Positions 13,910 to 24,390 of a DNA stretch of 64,000 nt are shown piece by piece. Made by a program: the position numbers and the translations under genes. How positions within the stretch are numbered: position 1 is the stretch's first letter; each line of letters opens with the position of its first letter. Location: contig OU015566.1 in the NCBI GenBank assembly GCA_907165135.1, positions 11,160,001-11,224,000 of the forward strand, in the 5' to 3' direction. A model generated the notes under the pieces. The model searched no databases. It saw only the letters and a list, made by a program, of their open reading frames with translations, and was not told where the DNA came from. This stretch comes from Oikopleura dioica (lineage: Eukaryota > Animalia > Chordata).

Positions 13910-15265
13910 ATGGACGCAAAAGCAAGACTCGCAGCTCTCAAAAGAAAGCGCATGGAAGCAAAGACTGCGAATCACAGGGATGTTGTTGAGGAGGATCGCG
14001 TCGCGAAACTACCGGCTAACTTCGAAGCAAAGAAAGAGCGAGCTCAATATGAACTTTCTGAAATTGAACGAAAGAAAGAAATCGAAGCAGCAGGTAATTT
14101 TTTAATAGATTTTGAAAAATCAAAACTTTCGGGCGGCGGTGGGACTCCCTAGATTTTCCACAGCTGTCCAGGCTGTGTAATAACCCTTTGTCCCTCCATT
14201 TGGGGACCCGAAAGAACCTCCCGAGCTGGTGAAGCTCATCGTCATTTGCGGTTTTTATTGTGTCGATTCGACACTGTAGAGTGAGTCTGTGTCTTCTAGC
14301 CCTGCGTCCTCGAGGATACAAGGGCTATGATTTTGGACAGTGTCTCCTAAAGTTTGAACGAGAAGTTATGCTTCAACGCCAAGTCTGGGTCGGGATTCGA
14401 ACAAGATTCACGGATTAATCGTGAGCATTCATGCCCTTGCCACGTCCTGGTCCACCAAGCCAGACGTCCCCGAAAGCAGTGTTGAAAAATCAACTTTTAT
14501 ATCAAATTTTCAGCCCACAATGTGGGCCACAATCTACTATAGTGTAGCAAGAATCTTGTATAGATTGTTTTATGACAAAGATTTGTGTGACTAACAAGTT
14601 CGTTTTTTCAAGGTGGCAATTACGAGCGTGCGAAGATGCTGAACAAAACAGCGCTGGATTTGGAGAGAAAAGATGCGAAACGCAAACGCACGAAGAACCC
14701 GGACCCCGGCTTCATCTCCTGGGAAGATAATACTGCAAGACAATATAATAGACTCACACGGGGTAATTATACAAGCTTTCGTCATATTTTGGCCGTCTCG
14801 CATTCATGTTCTCATGTCTGGAAACGGCAATAATGTTGATTGGAATCTGTCTAAAAGTCATGTTTAGACTTCAAAGTGGATATGGAAAAGTACGAGCAAG
14901 AAAAGCAAGAATATGGGGATGACTTCTACGCCGGACTTTCCACAGCTTCCATTCTTCCAGGAAGACTCAAGGACTCTGAAGAAGCAAAATCGAGACTCGT
15001 CAATGTTGTCAAGGTACTCAATCAACGAAAAACCATCATTTTAACCGATTCAGGCACAAATCGAGAAGAGAAAGAACTTCCACAGACGACGCATGCACGA
15101 CGAAGACAAGGACATTACTTACATCAACGAGCGAAACAGAAAATTCAACGAGAAAATTGACCGTAGCTACTCCAAGGTAAGGCTTTTCTTGAGACGAAGC
15201 TTTATCATCATTTTTAGTACACACAAGAGATCAAGCAAAACTTGGAGCGTGGAACTGCCATCTAA
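13910..15265 (+). CDS. SYF2: Pre-mRNA splicing factor SYF2
   Basis: NHRDVVEED, KNPDPGFISWED..RQYNRL, DITYINERNRKFNEK, NLERGTAI*. Confidence 0.95.
14126..14600 (+). ncRNA. Candidate highly structured intronic RNA in SYF2 intron 1 (14094-14612)
   Basis: Multiple helices, many with G-U pairs valid only on the sense strand (14164-70/14334-40; 14225-52/14273-300; 14372-79/14479-86; 14383-88/14460-65); identity unknown. Confidence 0.45.
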
Positions 15266-15380
15266 AAACGCCAAAAATCGTCTCCTTTTCTCTGTCCATC
15301 CGTTTTTCAAATCTGTCTTTTCTCCTAACCCAATTTTAACCAAAGATTATCGTCAACATCTCCAAAAACTGACTCTTAGA

Positions 15381-16594
15381 ATGGATGTTCAAACGCAGGA
15401 AAAAGAACGCTTCGTTTTCGAGCAAGTAGTGCTCAACATGAAAAATTACAAAAGAACGATGAATGCTAAAATCGACCGCAACATCGTCAACTTCAATAAA
15501 CTCCCAGATTCTCACAAGAAACTTCTGCCAAATCGCGAAAAATACTTTGACGATCAGAAAATGGCAGTTTTTCAAAATCAGGAAATTCTGAAGCTAATTT
15601 TGGAGGATTGTGAAGAAAACTTTGGTTTTAAAATAACTGGATCAGCAATAAAAGTGAGTTGAGAAATGCTCGAAATAGAAATTTATATAAATCAAGGGTT
15701 TTCAAGACTCGGCAGCACGAACGAGTGGTGACAACGCTGAAACAAATCATGCGTGACTGGTCCGAGCTTGGAGAAAAGGAAAGAGCTTCGTGTTACGGGC
15801 CTATCTTGGACATCTTGAACTCCGAATTCCCAGCGGAAGAGACGGATAGAACAGGGATCCATGTCCTCACGCCAGGTTGTGGGTTAGCTCGACTCACTTG
15901 GGAGATTTTCTCGCATGGTTTTCAAAGCGAAGGTTGCGAATTTTCCTGGTACATGATTCTGACAAGGTGAGATCGGCTCATCTCATCTAATCGACAAAAC
16001 TGAACTGGATTAATTGTAGCCGCTTCATTCTGAACAGCTCAACTGGCGCAGCGGATGAATCGGATAAAGTGCATTATCGAATTCATCCCTTTGTACACGA
16101 AACCAGCAACATGCTAAGCTGGCAGGACGCGCTCAAAGAAGTCCGATTTCCTGACGTTGATCCGGCAGAAACGCCTGAAGATGGAGGGCAGATGAGTTTT
16201 GGCGCGGGCGAGTTCTTAGATTTATATACTGAAGCGAAATGGCATGCAGTGGCGACTTGTTTTTTCATCGACACTGCTCATAACGTCATTGATTATGTAC
16301 AGAAGATCTTTCAAATTTTAAGGCCGGGCGGTTTGTGGGTAGGGACCAAAACAGTTGTTTCGTAGCTAAATCGAATAATCCTAGATCAATAATGGCCCGT
16401 TGATGTACCACTTCGCGAATACGGAAGAAATGAGCTTGGAGCTATCTTGGGAAGAGCTAAAATCAGTGATTCTGGCGACCGGATTTGAGCTTGAACTTGA
16501 AGAGAGCGAGAAATGCCGATATGTCGAGAATCCGGCTTCTTTATTGTCACAAGAGTTCAAAACAATACTTTTCACTGCTAGAAAGCCTCTTTGA
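15381..16594 (+). CDS. CARNMT1: Carnosine N-methyltransferase (N2227/UPF0586 family)
   Basis: LKQIMRDWSELGEKER, VLTPGCGLARL, EFSWYM, VATCFFIDTAHNVIDY, INNGPLMYHF. Confidence 0.93.
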
Positions 16595-16659
16595 ACTGCC
16601 ACTTGAGTGATTATATAACAATTTGAGAGGCTTAAAAAGGCTTTTTAGAATATCGGAAA

Positions 16660-17343
16660 ATGGGATCAAATCTTGCACCGCTCGATATCTTTGGAATTAT
16701 TACTGGAATTTGGGCTTTGTAAGTTTCATTTATTCAGAAAGTTCACATTATTTTTCTCGATTTCTTAGAGATAGGGACTGAGTTTCATTTTCAGAAATAT
16801 AATTCTTGAGTGAAAAAAAAATTTCATTTCGACTTTACTCGAGGATATTGGCAGGTTTTTGTGTCATTTTAATCTATTGGACGTACACTTTTCCTCCCTT
16901 ATAAAGCAGACATATTTCAAATATCTTGATAAGGATTAGTTCGTTCTTTAGCGACCTTATCTCGTCCCTGAATCTGAAAGAACCAGTTCCATGCTGCATA
17001 TTTTATAAATCAGAAGCTTATCTGGGTCGAAGTGCTTTACTGTCTGAGATCCAAGTCAGAGAGTTTCTCTTGTTTATAAATATTAATAACTGACGTAGGA
17101 TTGCGATTGTTGGGAACCTGATTGTTCGATCTTCATGGGAATCCAGTGAGGTGTATCGGGTCTGTATCACAATGACATGCTTCTGCTGCTGGCTTCACTG
17201 GCTCCTTTGCTGGATGCACCAGGTACATACAACTTCCATATTAGGAAATATTCAACCGGTTTTTTCAGTATCAGCCTCTCATGGGCCCAACACTGTCAAA
17301 AGAAATGGTGGAAATCGTCTCCTGGACTTGGGAAAACAAATGA
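16660..17343 (+). CDS. ATP6V0E: V-type ATPase V0 subunit e, 3 exons
   Basis: Exons 16660-16718, 17099-17222 and 17269-17343 give two TM segments with CCWLHWLLCWMHQYQPLMGPTL. Confidence 0.88.
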
Positions 17344-19466
17344 TAGCTCCACAGTTCGAGTCTACAAAACAAAAAACAATCCGCAAGCTTCACTTTTCAA
17401 TTCACACATGCGACATTATGTCTATCGTCGAAATTCTTCATTTCCTTTTATCCAGAAGACAACCATTTATCCATTGATTAGTTCACAAATCACCTTAAAA
17501 CCGCCCGAACCGGGAAAAGCCTTTCTTCTTTCCTTCTATTCGATGAATAAATTTCACACCACTCAGATTCAACTTCAAAATATAAAAGAAAATGATCGTT
17601 GATTATTTATGCTTTTATGTGTTTTTCATGTTCCCTGGCAGATCAACAAAGAAGCATGATATTTTGACGACAGTCGAAAGTGTCTTCAAAAGTACAACAA
17701 TTTCACGCGATGAAAATATTTTCGACTTTTTGTCTAGGTTGATTTTATGGAGTGATCCCTCTCCGTAAACCGCGATAGCGCGCCAAAAATTTTAATCCGT
17801 AAAATTTCGAACCTTTCGACCTTGAAATTCGACTTTGACTTCAACACCCTTTTTCAAAAGAAGCGTCAATTAAAGAGATTAGGTAAGGCTTTAATTTTGA
17901 TGATGACAACTTCGTTTTGATCTGAGAGCTACTAAGACTTTTAGTCTAAAAGTAGACGGGATAACGGGTTGTTCCGTAAAGATTACGGTGAAGATGAGGA
18001 CATTTGTGGGCACATCAGTTCGATAGTAGTGTAGTCTAGTTCCTTGGAATTTCCGACCCCCGCAGGCTACAACAGGGGCGTAAACAATCCTTCCTCCTCT
18101 TTTCCCTACCTGGGTTGGCTAACCGTTTCGATGTTGCTTTTTTAACCGAGAGAAGTACCCTTTTTGGTTCATTTTCAGCTTGTTCCAGCTCAACCAGTGT
18201 TTTTATTCGATATTAATCGATTTTTATGACGTGAATGTTTTATGGGGAGGGAAATTTTGATTTGTAATTATGCATAACTTCGTAATGAATAGATACTTAC
18301 GATTAGTTGGACCCGAAGGATTTAAACAATAGTTCGCCTTTTGAAGTGAGCGATAGAAGAACAATAGTAAGTGGCTCCTGTTGCTGTCAGCAGACTCGCT
18401 ATCCACCTACTAGTTTTACGTAAATGGAGTTTTACTTTTTTTAGCTTTGTTAAGAGTTATGAGAATTTACCATCTGATGAATTCTGATCAAGAGAATATT
18501 ACGTTTTCTTATTTCCGTAGAAATGGTTTTTGAGAATATTCTGAGAGTCAGAATTACAAAATCAGGTGTTAAAAGACAGGAGTACTGGCCTTAGGCGAGT
18601 GTGGTGCGATAGTGAGAAATCTACAGCGCAGGTTGAAAGTGACTAATGATCTGGTCCATTCTGCCATTTGCCGACCCAGTACAAGTCCTCTCGTTTTTTT
18701 TTCTTAGAATTCAATACAGAGAGTCCTGCCAGAGAACAAGTTCACAAGAGAACGAGCGTACAGGCCCATAAAGATAATTACATTTCATTTCGAAAGGAAA
18801 AGGGCTTTACTGGGCATCTTAAGCGGGGAAAATTGAATGCATTTCTGCCCTGAGGCGCGAGCTTAGCTGCCGGGCTGACGACAGAGGGCGTGCTCGAGCT
18901 CAAAAAAGCTTAGTAGCATGCCACTTTCCTAAACTAAATTTGTGAAGATTTCACTAAATAAAAGTAAAAGAGAAATAATGAATTTTGAATAATTACAACT
19001 TACGCTAAAAGACTATCTTTCATCATATTTTTTCGCGGTGCAGTCTTCGTGAGAATATCTCCACGAGTGATACGAAAACTTATCAGGCAATTTCTACGTC
19101 AGTAGACAGCGCCTTGGCTCCATATAAACCGGGAGAAACTTTAATCGTCTCCTCTCTTTCCCGATTTCTGATTTTTCGACAACCGAGAATTTATCTAATT
19201 TCTTTATCTTTTAGACAGACTTTCGTCCTCGCGCCAGGCTACCTACAGCTACATTTGAGACCTACCAAGCTTAGAGCCTACCCCAAAGTCCCCCCTAAAA
19301 AAGGTAAGTGTACGATCCAAGAGGCTGGGAGCTCCCTCCTGAGGTGATAACACGAAGTTACACTAGTAACATCTCGAGAATAAACGAGCTTAACACCTGA
19401 TTCTAGAACTTTTCCCCATTTGGTGTTTTCTATAATCGAAAGATACTACAAGACAGACTACAAAAA

Positions 19467-21884
19467 TGATGTTCGAAAAGCGACTTTTCGGTTTATCCAA
19501 GGGTTTCGCAATGATCATGATTTACCCCAATGAATTGATCCCTCCATTCTTAAAAGTCATTATTTAGGAAAACACAAACGCACACGCTGCTCTAATCAAC
19601 TCCACCTTGATTAGTGATTACCACCTTCCATAAGCCATCATCAGACTTTTAGCTAAATCGATAAGCTAAGAAACAGACTATGGTCACCCGTACAATCCTC
19701 AACATAGCAACATCGGTTTTCAATGAATTCGGCTATCACCATCATCAAAATGCTTTAAAAACACCCGCCCCGTCGTCGGTGGCGTCCAAAGATCGGAAAG
19801 AATAGTGTTACTAGGTTAGGTTGGTGGTCATCAACCTGCTTACATAACACTTCCGGTCGATGGACGCCATCGGCGGCGGGGCTAAAGTCATTAGTGATGT
19901 CGAGTTGATTTATTTTATTACTCTTTCGTCACTCCTCCTTTTGAAGCTAAAAATGTAGAATTTTTGCAAAACCCAAGCTAAGGCCACCCACTTATCGACA
20001 TCCAGGCATCCGTCGACGAGGCTTTCCTCGACAAGTAAGTAACTGTTCATTATTCTTTATTAAACGATTAGATGATCGTTTACCGGTCACGATTACTATT
20101 ACGTAAGAGTAGCTTTAATAAAACTTCCTTGTAAAAATAAACTATTCCTTCCTGACTTTCTCACGTCCTTGGAAAGTAGGAGGTTAAATATTTGAACACC
20201 TAGAACATTCGTAAAACATCGCTCTTTACAGATATGGCCTTGAGCCGGACAACACCATCCTTGCTGACAAACGACACCTTCGTCTCTATGAAGAACTCGT
20301 TGAAAAGATGGCCGTCAAGTTCATCCCCGGCGGTTGTACGCTGAATACCCTCCGTGTTTGCCAATGGATGATGGGCGAGAACGGATCGACCTTCTTCTCC
20401 GGCGCCGTTGGAAACGATGCTCTTGCCGACATCCTGATCCAAAAAGTGCGCGACTCTGGCATCGACGCTATCTGGCAGACCTCTGACGAGCATCAGACTG
20501 GTACTTGTGCCAGTCTCATTAACGGAAGTCAGGAAAGGCTCAAAATAATACAGAAAAAAACGATTCTGTAAAGGGACTTTGCCCCATTTGAACCCTACAT
20601 CAGGGTTACAGATCGTTGGTGACACGACTTGGTGCCGCCAAACACTACGAACGAAAGCATCTTGATAGAGGTGACGAAATGAGGACGCATGATGGGGTCA
20701 AGACTAACTGAACTTTTTCAGAGGATATGTGGGAGCAAGTCAAGCAGTCAATGATCTTTTACTTCTCCGGCTACTTCCTTACGACTCAAGAAGGAGTTGA
20801 CTCAATGCTTGCCGTCGCCAAGTACTCCGCTCAGTCCGACAAGCAGGTAAAATACCGCCAAAGTACAGTCAAAAACCTTTGCCCCGTCACTGATGTCCTC
20901 GATTAGGTTCCATCCTTGGAGCCTAACGAAGGCATCAGTGGCGGGGCTTCCGTCATTAGGGATGAGTTAGCGTTTCTTCGTTCCTACTCTATGTGTTAAT
21001 TTGATTGTGACGCAGTGTCAAGTGAGGCGATCACATGAGCACTACTGTAGTTTTCTTACATAAGAACCATGGTGGAAAATTCCACTGAAAATGTGTATTT
21101 CAGGTCTTCGCGTTCAACTTGTCCGCAAACTACATCTGCGAGTGTTTTACAGGAACAGGACAAAACAATTGCAAAGGGAGTTAATCCTTTAATTTGCCGA
21201 ATAGTGTTCACACGTACCCGCTCGTTGGATGCAGTCCAACAGCTTTGCAAATATTAGGAGCAATATTAGTACTGCCGGCAAATGATTGTTTGATCCTGTA
21301 AATAGCGGAGGTCGATCAGATTCTGCCATACACCGATTTCATCTTCGGCAACGAGCAAGAAGCGGAGGCATATGCCAAATGCGCCGGCTTCAAGCACAAG
21401 TCGCTTGAGGAAATTGCGATTTATTTAGCGCAATTACCCAAAGTGAACACGAAGAAAAGGCGTCACGTGATCATCACCCAGGTAACAGCCATTTACACGA
21501 GTTGCCTGTCTTCACAAATCGTCTTTAGGGTGCGAAACCAACCATCGTTGCGGACGACATGGGCAACATTGCCCTCTTTGAAGTTGAACGAGTCAAGAAG
21601 CTCGTTGATACGAATGGCGCCGGTGATGCTTTCGTCGGCGGCTTCTTCGCCGGATATCTTCAAGGAGCTGGCATCGCCGATTCTGTCGCCGCTGGACAGT
21701 GGGCCGCAAGGATAGTCATCCAAAATGAAGGATGCACGTTTCCCAAGTAAGTTCATTCGAGTTCGACTCCGACATCTTTCCATTTCTTGGAAAAAGCGCC
21801 GCTGTTATCGAACCGATTTCAGTTTTTCCCAGCGGTCTAATGTCTCTGTTCAGGATCTGCGAATACGACTACGACAGCAGTTAA
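19467..21884 (+). CDS. ADK: Adenosine kinase; first coding exon and last exon uncertain (alternatives present)
   Basis: GHPLIDIQASVDEAFLDKYGL, PGGCTLNTLRV, TGTCASLI, DFIFGNEQEA, VDTNGAGDAFVGGF, GCTFPK. Confidence 0.93.
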
Positions 21885-23303
21885 CCCTAATCGCACATAT
21901 TCTCGCCAAAAACGGCATCCTCGGCGTCGTGATCTACCTTCGTTTTCCTTTCCAAGTTCCCTCGCTGCGCCTTGGATTAATTCTTTACCAAACTAAAGCC
22001 CTACCCGACACCGCTTAAAAGTCTATCGCCCCTGCCAAAAACTCACCCTACCTAAGCGCTGTCGGGTAGTTTCAAAACTATCCTTTCTACTTTCACTCAA
22101 CTTTGAAATAAGTTTTTTTTTACTGTAGGAAAAAACTCTGACTGCAGCTTTCCTCCAGCGCCCTTACCGAATTTGAAGTCCTTTTCAGGACTTTTGTGTA
22201 GTGTTTCTAATAGAAACTTTCTATTCTGTGAATATAGTCAAAAAGATCTCGTTGTCTTGACTCGTCTACACAAAGAGTACACTTCTTCTATCATTGAAGA
22301 ATTTCGGAAAGGGAGGAATGCTGGAGAAAATTTCTGCAGAAGTGCTTTTTCCTCGTTCTCATTCTCACCTATTCTAATGGTGCTCTAGGTTAAATTAACT
22401 CATCAAATCTCGTTATATTACCTTCTCGAAGATTTGATCCTCGATTCAGATACACTGGTCCAAAATTCTAGCTTTTTTCGGGTCGCGGCGGATCTATCCG
22501 ATCAGTTCGGGCAGGTTTTAAAACCGATCTGGACCGGGCCGTCACCTAAACCTGTCCGAGAGATCGGCCCGCCGTTCTGCCCATCCATCACTTTACCATG
22601 TCTCTCCTGACTCATTGAGACCAGTTTTCGGAGTATGCACTCTAAACACACACTTAGAGCCAATTCATAAAATACTCAGTTATATATAAAAAATACCCCC
22701 AAAAATTGAACCCCCCTGACAAGAATTTTCTGTACTTCCTCAAAAATTCATATTTTTTTCTTCAAAAAATCTAAAACACTGCCAGGGGTGCGACGCGGAG
22801 GCCCGTTCGGTCGCCCTCTGGTGAGCGTCAGTGCGCTCCGGATGGCCTCAGTGATGACTTAGAACGCCCAGCTGTTTTTTCTCTAGTCTCTGTAGCAATA
22901 GGGACTGGTCCACTTTCTAGGAGAATCCAACCACTCAAGCACTAATCAAACTTCTAGGTAAAATACCCACTGATTTCACTACTTCCGAACTAAAAACTGA
23001 AACACTTCCTTTTCTAAATTCCAGAAGAAGAACCAGTCCCGATCCTCTTGCTATTGAACTAGTGTTGAAAACTATGCGCAGGCAAAGAGTAGTCGGTCTC
23101 AACCAACCCCATCTCAAACCACTTTATTATTTAATAAATTGTATGGTTTCCAACGAAAATCTGTCTTTGCGTTTATTATTGCAGGCTAAAAGAAAAATAA
23201 AACGCAATTTCAATGCAGATTTGAAAAGGCAACTATTACTCTTTATTACTGCAGAAGAAAACTGATTGAAAAATATAGGAACTAAAAAGCATCAAGAAAA
23301 ATA

Positions 23304-24230
23304 TCAAGCTTCTTCGGCCATAACTTCTTCCTCGTCTTCTGGATCTTGATAGACGGCATCGTTGTATTGACTGTTTTGGTACTTTTCGTAGTGGCTTGAT
23401 CCATAAATATCGCCATAATCGCCGAATGAGTCGTATGATTCTTCAAACAGATGCTCATGCGCATCAAAAAGCTCATCCTCAGCTTCCTGCGCGTATGCTT
23501 CTTCTGGATACTCGTTGCGATATTCATTCATCAAGAACGACGGTTTGTATGTTTCACCTTTACTTTTTTGCTCTTCTTTTTTCACTAAAAGCGTTTAAAT
23601 TTTCTAACTTAAGATGGTTCACATACGCTCTTCTGCACGTTTTCGAAAGTCTTGTTTGAGCATCCACTCTGATTTTGATGCTCTCATGCTTCCAGGAATC
23701 TTCTCTGGGTAGACGGCATCCCATACTTGCTGGAACTCCCACTCGTCTAAAAGTAGTAGTTTCTTCCATGATTCCGAACCAGAAGGCGCTTACCTTCGGT
23801 TTCAGCGAGTGTTTCAGTCACATTTCTGATCCGCTCTCGGTAGACTTCTCGCTTTTCTTCCGCATCGTTCAGCATCTTAGTCTTACGCTTGTTCAGACGC
23901 TCGTAGAATTTGTCCATCTCCTCTGGCGACTTGTTGCGGTGGATCCAGTCTCTGATATCTTCATAATATTGAGCCAGCTAAAACATTAGATAAAAACATG
24001 ACACCTTTGTTCGCTACCCACCACAGCAACTTCGCCGATTTCAAGTGTAGTCGGATCTCTATCTCGTAATCTTCGGATCTCGAGAAGTTCGTCCCAGTAA
24101 GCATGCTTCTCTGCCAATGTCATTTTTGATTGATCCGCTAGAAAGTATTAGAATCAGAAAAAATTTACTCTAGCTAACCATATTGGCAGTTTCCCCATCT
24201 AAGCGCTACCGAAAGAATAAGAAACTTCAT
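23304..24230 (-). CDS. Orphan secreted acidic protein A (paralogue of 24391-25844)
   Basis: MKFLILSVALRWGNC signal-like start; GT-AG exons join in frame; Asp/Glu/Tyr-rich tail. Confidence 0.75.
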
Positions 24231-24390
24231 GGCTCAAAATCAAAGAAAATGATGCGAGAGGAGCAGAGACGAGGAAACTCCTCGTAAAGACGGATTCGAG
24301 CTGACATTCGAAAGGGCAAGTGGATTACAGCTAACTTTTCCAACGGTCTCTCGAAGTTGAGCAGTTGTGTTTTGCCATTTTTTCGGGAAG

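Noticed and set aside
14378-14462. Minus-strand tRNA/SINE head (GTTCGAATCC B-box-like)
   Set aside because: No acceptable cloverleaf or tail, and G-U pairing favours the + strand fold; kept only as an alternative origin
18474-18890. Hammerhead-like CTGANGA motifs in ADK upstream introns
   Set aside because: No correctly placed stem II-GAAA or cleavage triplet
6115-21884. Functional methylation cluster (EZH2, CARNMT1, ADK)
   Set aside because: Interspersed with unrelated genes; proximity is expected by chance at this gene density
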